A stretch of DNA of 41,010 nucleotides, from assembly GCA_021432655.1 (NCBI GenBank), contig MU271592.1, forward strand, positions 1-41,010. The letters run 5' to 3'. This document shows positions 1-12,215 of this stretch, one piece after another. Numbering within the stretch: the stretch's first letter is position 1; every line of letters begins with the position of its first letter. Source of the DNA: Atractiella rhizophila. Its lineage: Eukaryota. Position numbers and translations under genes: made by a program. Below the pieces are notes generated by a model. It saw only the letters and a list, made by a program, of their open reading frames with translations, searched no databases and was not told the DNA's origin.

Positions 1-545
1 GGGAATGTGACGAACACCTTAGAAGCAGAGGTCGAAGGGCATGGTGTAAGAGTATTCAAGTTCGTGAATGCTGTTGGAGAGGAAGAGAAGAGCGCGAGGG
101 TGAAGAGGGGGAGATGGGAGAGAGGGAGGGGAGTGGGTAATGGAGACCTTTGAGGCCGGACGTGAATTGGTGTCGCCTTGAGCGAGTGGATTGTATATAC
201 ATACAGCCTTAAAAGGTACGCTGAATGTACGGATACCTTGTTCCACAACATTGATATGATGATAGGAGGCAGATTGCCATTGAGAATAAGACGATGATGA
301 TAAGATTTCTTCATTCTATACCCTGAATTTCTGTACCAACCCGCTTTGAATCATGTTGCGTCCAGTAGCACACTAAGGCATACGACTGAGAAGAAGTGCG
401 TGATGGGGATGATATTGCTTCATGTTCGTTAGCACAAATGCGAAAGAAATACAACAAAACAAAGCACACAACCGACAACGATGAAACGTATATGAACCTT
501 GGCTTGTGAACGAATGTTAACGGAGTGATGAGTCTGAAAGGATGT

Positions 546-1840
546 TCAGTCGATGACGATGATTGTCTTCTCCTTCTTCACTCTTTTAACAGGCGGTTCA
601 TCATCGTCCAAATCAATAGGTTCTCCCTGAACCTGTTCGAGGAAGTGTCAATGGAACAATAACCCAATTTTTCATGGGTGGATATAGAAATGGCGCGTAC
701 CTTTCCCAATGGCCTCTTTTTCTTTTCACGCTTCACTTCCCTCTTTACGTCAACATCCATGAAATCGGTCCCCTTCACCTGATGGATAGGAGCCACTTCC
801 TGTAGTTCTTCAACTGCGTGGGCGACGGTTGGGGGAATGATGCCTTCCAACTCTAGGAGCACTATCCCCAAACACATGGGGTGAGTATCTGCAAGATGAG
901 ATGGTCGAGAAAGGGAGACGCACCGCGAGATCGATAAAAGAATTGAAACTCGAACCAGTGCCTCTTGTCCACCGCATCGTATTCAACGCAACGCTGGACA
1001 CTCTTGGTTGGCACAGTTTTCCCTAAGCTTAACCACAACAATAAGAAATAGATGAGCGTTCCAGATCACTGCAAGAAGGAGGAGGAGACACACCACGTCT
1101 GATGAGACAATCGCGCTTTCTTGGAGTTCTCGTTAAACACATTGTTCTCTCGTTCTGCTTGATGGCGAGTGGAGGGATAGGGTATGTAACGCTTCTTGAT
1201 GACGCGGTAGAGCTTGATCTGGATGCAGCCCAGCTAAATGGCAGATGAAATATCTTGAGCTGAGGTATTTGAAGTTGAAGAAAGATCTAACGGACACGTT
1301 TTATGACTTTTTCCGAGGAACACGCATTATCCTCATCTATCCAAATGAGCGGTAAGGCAAATCGAAGCCGCCCAGAACATAGAACTCACCCGAAAGGGAG
1401 AGATTGGAGAAAAGGTATGGTTGTCTCGATGACTGTGTGACTCGTCGACCTTTCGAAACAGCTCGTTTATGTTTCGAACCAATTACGGAATCCATGCCGG
1501 TTCCATCTAGGACGAACTTGACGCGTAAGTCATAGTCACCCGTGAGGGCTGCAGTGATGGGTTGATATAGGATCTATTCGACCAAGAAAGAGACATCAGT
1601 GCCTCACTTGGTAGAGAACTTGACCTCCTCTCGCGCACCTGAAACTGTTTTCCGCTGGTGGACTCGACGTAACACTTCACTTTGTTTCCGTCAATCTCTA
1701 CTTTGTATTCGTCCAGTGGTTTCCCATCGACCAGGATGGACGCCTCGACACCGTGAGAGGGAACTTGTCTGTACCAACCCGGAACCGTGTCACCACTTTC
1801 ACTTCTCTTCGCTTGATCAGATATCTGAAGCTCACGGCAT
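546..1840 (-). CDS. DUF7918-like fungal hypothetical protein (multi-exon)
   Basis: Manual splicing gives MP|QVPSHGVEASILVDGKPLDEYKVEIDGNKVKCYVESTSGKQFQ ... LGCIQIKLYRV...FNENSKKARLSHQT ... WFEFQFFYRSR|VLLELEGIIPP ... VKKEKTIIVID*. This matches from memory the motif order of this fungal family. Middle exons (~1290-1620) not fully resolved. Confidence 0.7.
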
Positions 1841-2048
1841 GGTTTTGAAGTGTGTTACAATGGTCTTTCAGGATGGCATGTGGTTGCCCTAAAGTATTGT
1901 ATCCTTTGCTTTGTGTCCTTCTGTTGACAATTGAAAATGCCGACGACCAAATAGTGAATTGAATTGTGCATGTCGCGTTGTCGCGCAAGATTGAGACTGG
2001 TAACGTGACTTCTGCGACAAGAAGGCAACAGCAGCGTCATCCCAATCG

Positions 2049-2237
2049 CAACCAAGCCAACACATCAGCATGGACACCCTCTGCCTCGCGTGTTCGAGCA
2101 CCATCTTGCCTTCTTCTTCCAGCTCCTCCGCACCCAAGTCCCAGCACGAGAACCCGTCCCACTCCTCCTACACGACCCCCTGCTGCAGCCGTCCCATCTG
2201 CAACCGGTGTCTCTCCCACACCACACATATACCGTGA
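2049..2237 (+). pseudogene. Truncated duplicate of the 5' end of the Zn-finger/LysM gene (55-codon ORF 2070-2237)
   Basis: 2049-2217 matches 2572-2740 with about 5 mismatches in 169 nt, then diverges into ...CLSHTTHIP*. Confidence 0.75.
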
Positions 2238-2592
2238 GGTTATAGTAAAGGAGGAACCGAATACATCGTCAATCCCCATCTCGTACAACCCAACCACACA
2301 ATAGCCATCGCGATTTAGTAACCCCTCATCCGCTTCTTGCGTTCTACGCCAACATAAATTATAACGGGGATTACCAGGGGCCTTTTTCATATACTTTACA
2401 TTTTCTCGTCGCAATATTCTCGGTTCTGATTCAACCTCCAAGATTACTTAGTTAGACTGTTAACATCTCCATTTTCTCACATGTGATATCCCCAAATGTA
2501 GAGCTACGTTGACTATAGTCTGAAAGCTCTGAAATATGATCACAACAACAACAACAATCATCCCCCAACCACAACCAAGTCAACACATCAGC

Positions 2593-3698
2593 ATGGACAC
2601 CCTCTGCCTCGCGTGTTCGAGCACCATCTTGCCTTCTTCTTCCAGCTCCTCCGCGCCTAAGTCCCAGCACGAGAACCCGTCCCACTCCTCCTACACGACC
2701 CCCTGCTGCAACCGTCCCATCTGCAACAGGTGTCTCTCCCGCGTCAAGTCGCTGCGTTTCTACTGCGTCAGGTGTCAGGACGTGGTCAGGGACACCGGAC
2801 ACGGCGACGGCGAGGTGGATAAGGAGTATGAGCGCGAGAAGTGGAGTCTCGGCGAGGGCGAGGAGGATGAGAGTGAGCTCGATGTCGAGAAGGTGGCGAG
2901 GGGGGACTTTGTGATTGGAGAGGATTCGGATGATGAAGATGCTCGAACAGAAGTGGGAGATGAAGTGGGAGGGAGGTGGGATGCGGACGTCATCACTCTC
3001 TCAGACCCGCCGGCGTATAGCTTACCTCCCTCGCCTCCCACTTCTCCTCCACCACCACCAACAATCGACGATGGAAATCTTATGAATCAGGACCTGAAGC
3101 ACCTCAGCTATGTGGATTTCAAACCTCGAAACTTAGCGGGAGAGCCAGAGGTGCACATGAGAGAGAAGAGTGGGATGGAGGACAGAGTATCCGTGCATTA
3201 CATCCAGCCGAAAGAAACATTGCGAGGCATCGCTCTAAAGTACGGTATAGACGTGCGTCCTTCCTCTCTCCGTCTTTACCACAATTCAGTAGAACAACTC
3301 AGGGTCACCACCTCTGCGTCCTCAACTCTCTTCCTCCCTCCACACTCTCCACCACCCCTGCTCTCCTCCACACCAGACCCTTCCTCCTCCTCCCTCCCAA
3401 CGCCCAATCGTCCTCTCCCTCTCCCACCCACTCCGAAGAGATCGAGCGCACCCGGCTCTTGATCCGTCGCTTCCAAATGGCGACCAAAGTGTCCGAATAC
3501 GCCCTTGCCAAGGTGTATGTGGAACACGTGCTGGCTGGGAGGAGGAAGGAGGCGAGGTTCGTTTGGAGGAATAGGAGGAATAGGGAGGTGGGGTTGAGGA
3601 TGGAAGAGGGAGATGAGGAGGAGGAGGAGGGGATGGAGGAGTTTGTGAGGAAGGGAGGCGAGTTGGAGGAGGCGATCGAGAATTGGAGGACGGATGAG
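2593..3698 (+). CDS. RING-like Zn-finger + LysM domain protein (3' end lost in gap)
   Basis: N-terminal CLAC...CCNRPICNRC...YCVRC and an acidic linker. LysM-like VHYIQPKETLRGIALKYGID|GHHLCVLNSLP is joined across intron 3253-3302 (GTGCGT...CAG) and continues in frame into LLHTRPFLLLP...RRFQMATKVSEYALAKVYV. No signal peptide. Confidence 0.8.
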
Positions 3699-4193
3699 NN
3701 NNNNNNNNNNNNNNNNNNNNNNNNNNNNNNNNNNNNNNNNNNNNNNNNNNNNNNNNNNNNNNNNNNNNNNNNNNNNNNNNNNNNNNNNNNNNNNNNNNNN
3801 NNNNNNNNNNNNNNNNNNNNNNNNNNNNNNNNNNNNNNNNNNNNNNNNNNNNNNNNNNNNNNNNNNNNNNNNNNNNNNNNNNNNNNNNNNNNNNNNNNNN
3901 NNNNNNNNNNNNNNNNNNNNNNNNNNNNNNNNNNNNNNNNNNNNNNNNNNNNNNNNNNNNNNNNNNNNNNNNNNNNNNNNNNNNNNNNNNNNNNNNNNNN
4001 NNNNNNNNNNNNNNNNNNNNNNNNNNNNNNNNNNNNNNNNNNNNNNNNNNNNNNNNNNNNNNNNNNNNNNNNNNNNNNNNNNNNNNNNNNNNNNNNNNNN
4101 NNNNNNNNNNNNNNNNNNNNNNNNNNNNNNNNNNNNNNNNNNNNNNNNNNNNNNNNNNNNNNNNNNNNNNNNNNNNNNNNNNNNNNNNNNNNN
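3699..4193. other. Assembly gap
   Basis: Run of N. Confidence 1.
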
Positions 4194-4293
4194 TACAGCA
4201 AGCGACGTTCGTTCCCGTGCAATCACACCAAGGGAGAGGGTCGGCGGCTACGAGGGCGACGAGAGCAGCGAGGAAAGCTAGGGAGAACTTCAT
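4194..4293 (-). CDS. Small secreted cysteine-rich protein, N-terminal part (rest in gap)
   Basis: MKFSLAFLAALVALVAA signal peptide followed by DPLPWCDCTGTNVACC; TATA box about 55 nt upstream. Confidence 0.75.
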
Positions 4294-4346
4294 TCTGGAC
4301 TTCTTTTTCTTCTTTCTTCTTGCTTGAGGGCAGAAGAGGAGCGTCC

Positions 4347-4355
4347 CTTTTATAT
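4347..4355 (-). promoter_or_regulatory. TATA box of the small secreted protein gene
   Basis: ATATAAAAG on the minus strand, upstream of ATG 4293. Confidence 0.6.
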
Positions 4356-6875
4356 GGATAGGGCTTGGATGTGGGAGTCACTCGCTGTTTCGAATACGGG
4401 ATATTCGTTGTGGGGAAGGATGGAGCTCATCCTTCACGATCCCGATCCTACAGCTCTGTGGCGCTGCCAGTGAACGTTTGTCCGCATCCTCTCCCGAAGA
4501 AATACCCGCAGTGACTGGGTCCACACAGTCTTACAGGGGAAGAACAAGGAATGCAGCGGCCAACGAAGAAAAGAGACACGGTTGTTATTCCGACTCAACA
4601 TCAGCGTTTTGCAAATTGGATTCTTTGGTTTCCTCGATTCTGAATTCGAGAGAAAAAAATCTTTTTCCGGAAGGAGCAGTCTTGCATCTCTAACCGGTTT
4701 GACTAGAGGGATAAAGAAGTTGGTTTGAAAGCGGTTTGGATCAGTTCTAGGAGTGTTCTGGATGTTCTATCAGTCTCATAGCAATAATAATATGCAACGG
4801 TGTGTGACAAGTTGCTTTGATGGAAAATGAATACGTTACGCCTCCTCTGGGAACGCTCATCAGATGCCATTGTTTGTCTCCACTTATGTTCCTGAACACA
4901 GTACTTCCGTAGACAGATTGCTAAGTGTCATCCTAGTGCTTAAGCTGCCTTTGTTCTTTGTTCTCTGACATTATAACTTCTCGCCGTGTATAAAGATAAT
5001 GAATATCTCTAGCACCGACAACATCTTGCAACCGTAGTGATTCTGAAACGGAGCATCCATACGCAATTGGGTGGCCAACGAATCTGCATTTATATTGCAA
5101 TTTGAAAGTACTACTCATGCAGTCAACTTCGCTTTCATTCTGATTTTTCATGAGTATCCTTGGTTATCTGAAAGGATAACGGTCAAACGAAGGTACCCTG
5201 GATCTATAGATCAAGCTTGCGATGCTCGTCACGAAAGGGGTATCAGATTACCGACAATGTTGCGCTTGAAGCTCCATGCGCGACTGACGGTACCAATACC
5301 GTTTAAACTGTCGGCATTAAACTTTCAAAGGTTGTTGTATCTGCAAAGATGAACCTGTTTTGGATAACATTGTTAGTCGCCTCCTCACAGCATTGTGGAT
5401 ACCGCACTGTGCTTCATTCTCCTCTATCTGTTCAACTCCACTCGTTGGGGACATTATTGCAAAATGCCTATTCGAGATCGAATATAGATGAGGGAAACAA
5501 GCCACATCGAGGCTTCGGTTACGATTGAATAAACCAAGCCATCTCATTAGATCCAAGACGTCCAAGACAGAGTTTTATCGCATTATTGTACGTCTCGCAT
5601 GGAATGATGACGACACTTACAGTTTACACATTCGACTTCAGAGCTTCAGCCACCGCAGTCAGGGTTTCAAAGTATGAGGCTTCTTGCTCTGCTTCATATC
5701 CCTCTCCAGGATACCTTTCTTACTCGCGGCACGACTACTGAGTACATGATATTTGAGCAAGCGCGACATGATAAAAGTGTCAAATTTCTTATTTCTTCTG
5801 ATTGGGACGGCGAGGATACTCCCGGAAAGTACTTCCTGGAGTAGATTACCTACAACCATCTAATTTCATGAGGTACAGGATTCCCCTCGCTCGTCAGATA
5901 TGGTAAGTTCACCCTCTGTCCTCCCATGAGGAAGCCATCAAGAAAAATCGAGAAGACAAATCGATTAGAAACATGTGCATGCCTTGTCCCTGTTCAGTTG
6001 AAGAGAGTATCTGAGAGTGGAATGACTTCTGATGGCAAATTAACCAAGAATACTTTATCGTTCGACCTGAACAACCCGTTATATTCCCGCTCACGAGGTA
6101 GGTCGTCCGTCGCGCAACCCATACTCTTCAAAGTCAATGAGCCATCATGCATCATGCTTGAAGCGTGGTCTAAGATGGCTTAAAGCGCTCAAATGTAAAC
6201 TATTGATTGTGTTTACTGCTAGCTGTTCAAATTATGTGTATGAGCTATACGCACTTGCTACGCTTCACAGGTCTGTCCCGTTGTGTGCCGTTTAACGCAG
6301 TATATAGCTAATTGCCCTCGCATAACGATAATTCGACCACTCCGATAATCTTTGAAATGAAACCACTGATGTCCGGTGAAGGAAACCACTAAACCAGAAT
6401 TCTGGATGCTGCGTGTATTTGTACATGTTTATGTTTAGCTTCGATCTGGTAGATCCTTGTGGATCCTGCCGATCACGGCAAAGTTTGTCCTTCGCCCGCG
6501 AGATTCTCGCGCTGACACCTCAGTCCCTCAGCCACCTTCAGCCATCCATCGTAGCAGCACATTCAGCATCGAGGACGCCTGGGACGGTGAGTTGCCGTCG
6601 GCTGCTGGTATCAAAAGTGCAGGTGCGAAGAAATCAAAACAAGCTATCGTGAGTTTCAACTTTTGACGGATTTGGTCCTGGGCAACCATCAATTCTCGCT
6701 GCTGCAGTCCCTCTAAGCTGTGTTGAAATGACGAATATTCTTTCATGCCTCTTGCAATGAGTTTGATTGGGTTATTTCCCACCACTCGAATTCCGCTGCA
6801 TGCAGCGGCAAAGTGCTGACTTTGAACTTCTCTTTTAGACCCAGTCCTCTCATTTCCACTTGTGAATAAGCAACT

Positions 6876-9800
6876 ATGCAAAAAATTGATCTGGAATCAC
6901 AAAAACCAGTCCACAACAGCAGAAAGCGGTCAGGATCCACCAGGGGTTCACGAGTGGACGAAGATGTGAATGGGGAGTCAGCTGGAGTCGTGGGAATGAT
7001 AAAAAGAGGATGGAAACGGTTTAGGACTGGACTGAGAGGTGAGTTTGTTGTTACTTCAGCTGTCGTGCCGGTTTTGGGATGAGGTCCTGGAGAGACCCGC
7101 ATCCGGCCTCCTGCCGCAAAAGTGGCTGGAGCACGCCTTAATCCAGCCTGGGATAGTATAAAAGCCCAAGGTGTTCAGAAAATTATGCTCCCCAGACATC
7201 ACCGACTTTCAGAGAAAGTCACGATGTCTCAGCGTCAAAAGCGCTCTGCTTTCCTGACCCGCCGCCACATAAACCCCTACGCTTACTCTCCTGCTATCCC
7301 AGCTCCTCCCCTACCAGACACCCACTTCGCAACACTCAACTCCCTCGAAAACTCAGCGGATGAAAAAGAGAATCCCTCTCCCGCTCCCATTGTCATCGAT
7401 CTCCCCGAAGTCGACGACAACGAGGTGGATGAGATCATCGTTGACAATGTTCTTCGATCTCCTGACCGCTCTCCACCCCCGCCTCCCACTAGCTGGAAGT
7501 TTGCAAGTTCCAGAGATAACGAAGAGAAGTTGGAAGAGATGGATGTGAATAAGAAGAGCCAGTGGCTAACGATGTCTGAAAAAGTTATCTGGAGGTTCTG
7601 TTGGGGCCAGACGTTTCAAGATCGTGATCGCGAGTTGGCATTTCAGACGGAAGTGTGTCGCCTGTTTTGTCTACTATTCTCGTCTTACAGGCCTTGAGTA
7701 GTGGTGGCACTCGCAGAAAAGGATCGCGTTTTGCGTCTCCCTCTTTCAAGTCGTCATTTGGATATTTGTCCTTGCGCTCCTCCCAGAGCCGTGGACAGAG
7801 GTCGAAATCATCGTCTACCGCTACATCTGCCCGCCACTCCTTGTCGCCTTGCCTGTCTTTGTATACTTCGACTTCCCTCTTAAAAGGTGGTGGATGTAAG
7901 TTTCTCTGACATGTCCCTTCCTTTAAAACTGAGTTGCAAGCAGATGGCAAATCGCTCTCTTCGTTCAAACCTGGTTATGGGCTTCGACCAAGTACATTCC
8001 ATCCCTTAACCCCTAGTTTGTGCTCACTGGGATTCTTAGTTTGTACGACCTGTACTTCTGCGGCTATTACGACCCCAAAAAGATGTCCTGCCATGGTCGT
8101 GACTTTCTTGCCACATTTTTCTACGGCCTTCAAGCTCCGGTACTGGCCCTTCTCGCAATGGGTCAATCCCGATTTTTTTCCATCCTAGGTACGGCTTACT
8201 GGGTTGGACTGACATGCGGTCTCATCCTCCCATATCGGTATACCTGGATTCGACAGTATGTTCGCTTCATCTCATGTTTATAAGGCAGTATTAAGAGATT
8301 TCCTCGGCAGTGTCGTCAATTTCACCATCTTCAACGCTATCCTCGTTCTCCAGGCATACATGCAAGAGACTAACCTACGCAAGACATTCAACCTCAAAGA
8401 ACAGTTGAAAACGCAACATATTGCACTAGCGAAGGCACAAGTCAGAGAACGTAAAGCGTCCGACAGCAAAAAGCGGTTCTTCAACTATCTTTTTCACGAG
8501 ATCAGGGTAAGCTATCAGCGGCATTGAATATTAAGGTGGTTAACGATGATTGGATCAGGTTCCTCTCAATACAGCTCTTCTCGCGGTCCAGGTATGTGGC
8601 TACAGTGCTTTCTTTTCGATTCTCATCTTGTTTCAGAACATGCAAGCGGCTGGAGTGTTCGACAACTTAGACGGAAGCGATCAAAACGTCGAATTCATCG
8701 CTCTTGAAGGCTCGCTTGTTATGGTCCAGAATGTACTGAATGACGTGCTCGACTTCAATCGGATGGAAGCGGGTCGATTCGCCACCTCGTACAACCCATT
8801 CTCGTTCCACAAGCTGATCAAGAGCTTGCTAGGGAGCGCAAGAGTCGGCTGCCAGAACAAAAAATTGACCTTGATCGAAAGTTTGGATGAACGGGTAGAG
8901 CTTTCAGCGAGAGCTCTTGGCTGTTTGGCATTGGGGAGGAAGAATGAGGCGGAGTGTTGCTCAGACGGTTTGGTTTGTGGTGATCAAATCAGAATTCGTC
9001 AAGTAGTAACCAAGTCAGTTTCTTCCGGCGGTCTGCTACTTTTTTTCTAACTTTCTTTGCGGCAGTCTGATCAGCAATGCTATCAAATTCACGCCAGAAA
9101 ACGGAACCATCAACATCGTCACCAAACTTCTCACCCCTTACCCACCCTTTCCGAGTGACCAGTCATCTGGGAGCTCCAATATCCCTTCTCTCCCCTCACA
9201 CATTGGCGTCCGTATCGAAGTACACGATACAGGACCGGGAATCAAAGCAGAAGAGATGAAGGCTAACCGGCTATTTTCTCCTTACGTTCAAACACATCAA
9301 GGATTAGAGCAAGGTGGAAAAGGGACGGGCCTTGGTCTCGCCTTGATTCGAAGTATCGTCCAACACTCGAGAGGTCGACTAGGAGTCCAAAGTAAATACG
9401 GAGTAGGGTCATGCTTTTGGGTCGAGTTCGGATTAGGAATAGCAGACTGCTCCTCGGCTCCTCCCCCTACTCCAGGTTTAGATTATCGTAGTCATTACGA
9501 CTTCAAGCCAGTCAGCGAACTCCTGAGCGAAATATCTGCTGCTACAGAACCTGTTGACCGTCCCAAACGTCCGCCACTACGTCCGTCTTTAACTCCGGTT
9601 GGGTCTTTGTCGAAGATTGGCAGCAGCATCTCGACACCTTCAAGTTACAACACGGAGTATGGTTACCTCCCCATCCTATTGGACAAGGGGTCCAAAGCAC
9701 AGCCTCACGAACGAGAGATAACGTCTGACTCTGAGGTATCGGTGAAGAGGAGATCGATGGATTCGGCTGCCTTCCTCGATCTCAAACGACCATCGACATC

Positions 9801-10297
9801 GCGGACCGACTCTTCTGTCGGAGAGCTAGATCCGAGATCTTCGACTCGCTTGAGATGCCTTATCGTGGAGGACGATCCCGTGACGCGGATGCTCATGGGG
9901 CGAATGCTGAAGCGGTTGGGTTTGGAAGTAGAACAGGCCGAGAATGGGCAAATCGCACTGGATCTCTGTTTGGGCACGAACGGGAGGGAGCCACGGCATT
10001 ATGATGTGATCTTCATGGATAATCAAATGCCGGTACTCAATGGAACGGTGGTTTCAACCAAGATAAAGGAGGCAGGGAGGAAAGATTGGATTGTGGGTGT
10101 GACGGGTAACGCTCTGAAAGAGGACCAAGAGGAATATTTGCGGAAAGGTGCTGACGAGGTGCTAACGAAGTGCGTCTTTGCTGAATATTCCGCTAGTCTA
10201 TGGGCTGATGCAAGGAAACAGGCCTGTGATGGAGGCACAGCTCATTATCAGTATCGAGAAGGTGAAGCGAAGAATTGCAGGATCCCCGATACGGTAG
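6876..10297 (+). CDS. Membrane-bound hybrid sensor histidine kinase (TM region-HisKA-HATPase-REC)
   Basis: Hydrophobic exons ~7700-8360 (e.g. FCVSLFQVVIWIFVLALLP). H-box YLFHEIR|VPLN, N-box GDQIRIRQVVTN|LISNAIKF, G1 DTGPGI, G2 GKGTGLGL, receiver LIVEDD...DVIFMDNQMP...VTGNA...LTK|PV. Last exon ends ...GSPIR* at 10297. Start codon approximate. Confidence 0.93.
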
Positions 10298-10747
10298 CAT
10301 TTTGCCGTTTAGAGCTTCAAGCATCCTCTCCATCCGATGTTTTTCTCCGTCCAGACTCGCACATTTCGCCTCAATTCTAACATCACCCTTGCCAGCCCAT
10401 GCATTGTATAACCAAGCAAATCAAGCAAAACATGTTTATTATATTCAGTTCATACTTCTTGATTCTTTCCCATACGTCGCAATCAAGTTGGATGTTGATA
10501 TCGAGCACTTCAATGTCAAGTAGTAGTTCTCCGCTTTCAGTGCCTACTTCATCTTTGTTGATAATGCTTCGCCTTTGATTGGCTTACCTTTCTTTTAATT
10601 ATCATCAAAAGCGTCAATCAACGTGTAACTAAGTTTGTCCAGTGCATTCTCTGTGCAAAGTGCGAGTGTCATCTCGCCATTCGGTCTTTACAACTGGAAT
10701 ATAATGGTACATCTCTTCTCAACTGTGTTCGTGCCCGGCTTGTTCAA

Positions 10748-12215
10748 TCAATTCTTCAGGTACTTCTTCCCGACTTCCAAACCCCACGCGAAATGAGAAA
10801 GACGAGCATCTACAACATATCCAAGCTTCTCGTATCCCTGTAAGACTTCGTAAAGCTCTGAACACATCAACTTTCAGTCAGCCTTCCTTGGACAAAGAGT
10901 GGGAGCGACGAACGGTTCAACGGGACGCGGCGCTTCTCGATGTGTTCCCCTTTTGGAAGCATGAGAAGTCGTCAAATGCTAACAGAAAAAGCGAGTTTAC
11001 CTTCATCAAGTTGAGCCTTGGGCTCTAACTCTCCGTCCTCGACCGTGACCTTCAAAGTGACCAGTTTCATATTGGCATTCGACATTCCTTTAACCCATCA
11101 GTTACCGTCAGCATCTTCTGTGAGTCTCGAACTGTCTTGTCGAGGGAGAGAATCGTACCAGGATCGGCCCCAATGGCCGCCGATGCGTGAACAACCCCAA
11201 CCCGGTCCTCTTTTCCATCCGCTCCATACCCCGTCTCCTCCCTCAGTTCCCTCACCGCCGCCTGCTCTGGTGTCTCCCCTTTATCGATCAAGCCCGCGGG
11301 GAATTCTACGCAGATGGCTTGGAGCGGGGGTCGGTATTGAAGGATTATTATCGTGCTTGGGGATGTAGAGGGATTTGTGGATTGGAGTAGCGTGAAGATC
11401 GAAACAGCTAATGGTTTTAGAAGACATTTAAGGAGACAGTCTTTGATATAGAAGGAATCGAACGAACCGTCTATCCCGCCTTCTGATCGAGTCTTCCTTT
11501 CGGCTGATTCCCATTTTCTCTGTGGTAACACCAGGATTGGTCTAAATCAGGTCTCTCGTGGGAGGTGACAAGGAAAGGAGACGGGAAAGGCCCAATTATT
11601 GGCATGCAATTAAACACTTTGAAGGAATGCATTGGGGGCGTTAGTATAGGCAGCTTCACAGTATGATAGCCAACAAGGTAGTAACTTTTGTCATGGTGGT
11701 TTAACCTCATACTAAAAAGAAATTCACTTCTTCCTCTTCATCAAAGACCTTTACTTAGCACTCAAAATCCTAAAGACATCACCCTTCTGTCTACCCTAAG
11801 TAAACCAACGAAGAGCGCAGTGATATCCCCTATGCTTTACAATACCGAAACTCGAATGCCAACTAATAGGACAACGGCAAGCATACATCAGAATATTTGT
11901 GCCTGATTTTCACCTATTTTGTTTGACTTTGGCCACCTCTTCCAAATTGGAAATGCACATAACTCCTGACATAACTTATTGCACGAAAAGTGCAGAAAGT
12001 TAGATTATCAGCTCAAATACACATACAGTCTTCCCGTCTTCGTCGACCCAATCGATGCTCTTTAGTCCCACCCACTTCGAGTCGCTCGTCTGCAAATCCG
12101 TCTTCCCTACAATCCTAGCTGCGCTCGCTGAACTGTAAGGTTGCACGAGCGATGGAGAGGCCATTCTGAGCTGGAAATTGCGCACAACGGAGAACGCTGC
12201 TGGTCGGAGATTCAT
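10748..12215 (-). CDS. YSA1: ADP-ribose pyrophosphatase, Nudix hydrolase (Ysa1/NUDT5-like)
   Basis: KWVGLKSIDWVDEDGKT|RKWESAERKTR, QYRPP..EFPAGLIDKGETPEQAAVRELREETGY (Nudix box), DPG|MSNAN, VDARLSHFAWGL...KN*. Six exons; second in-frame ATG at 12164. Confidence 0.9.

Noticed and set aside
1..420. Open frames on the minus strand running off the window edge
   Set aside because: No recognisable motif or reliable start; cannot be supported from this window.
3276..4361. Long ORFs spanning N runs (also 19701-20121)
   Set aside because: Artefacts of translating gaps.
4700..6800. Intron-like signals (e.g. GTGCGG...CTAAC...CAG on minus near 5355-5407) and short ORFs
   Set aside because: Flanking frames hit stops and no coherent protein could be built; may be lncRNA or decayed sequence.
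11520..11570. ACCTGAT-TTAG-ACCAAT-CCTGG on the minus strand resembles the 3' half of a TPP riboswitch
   Set aside because: No upstream CTGAGA or P1-P3 elements; CTGAT is explained as the branch point.
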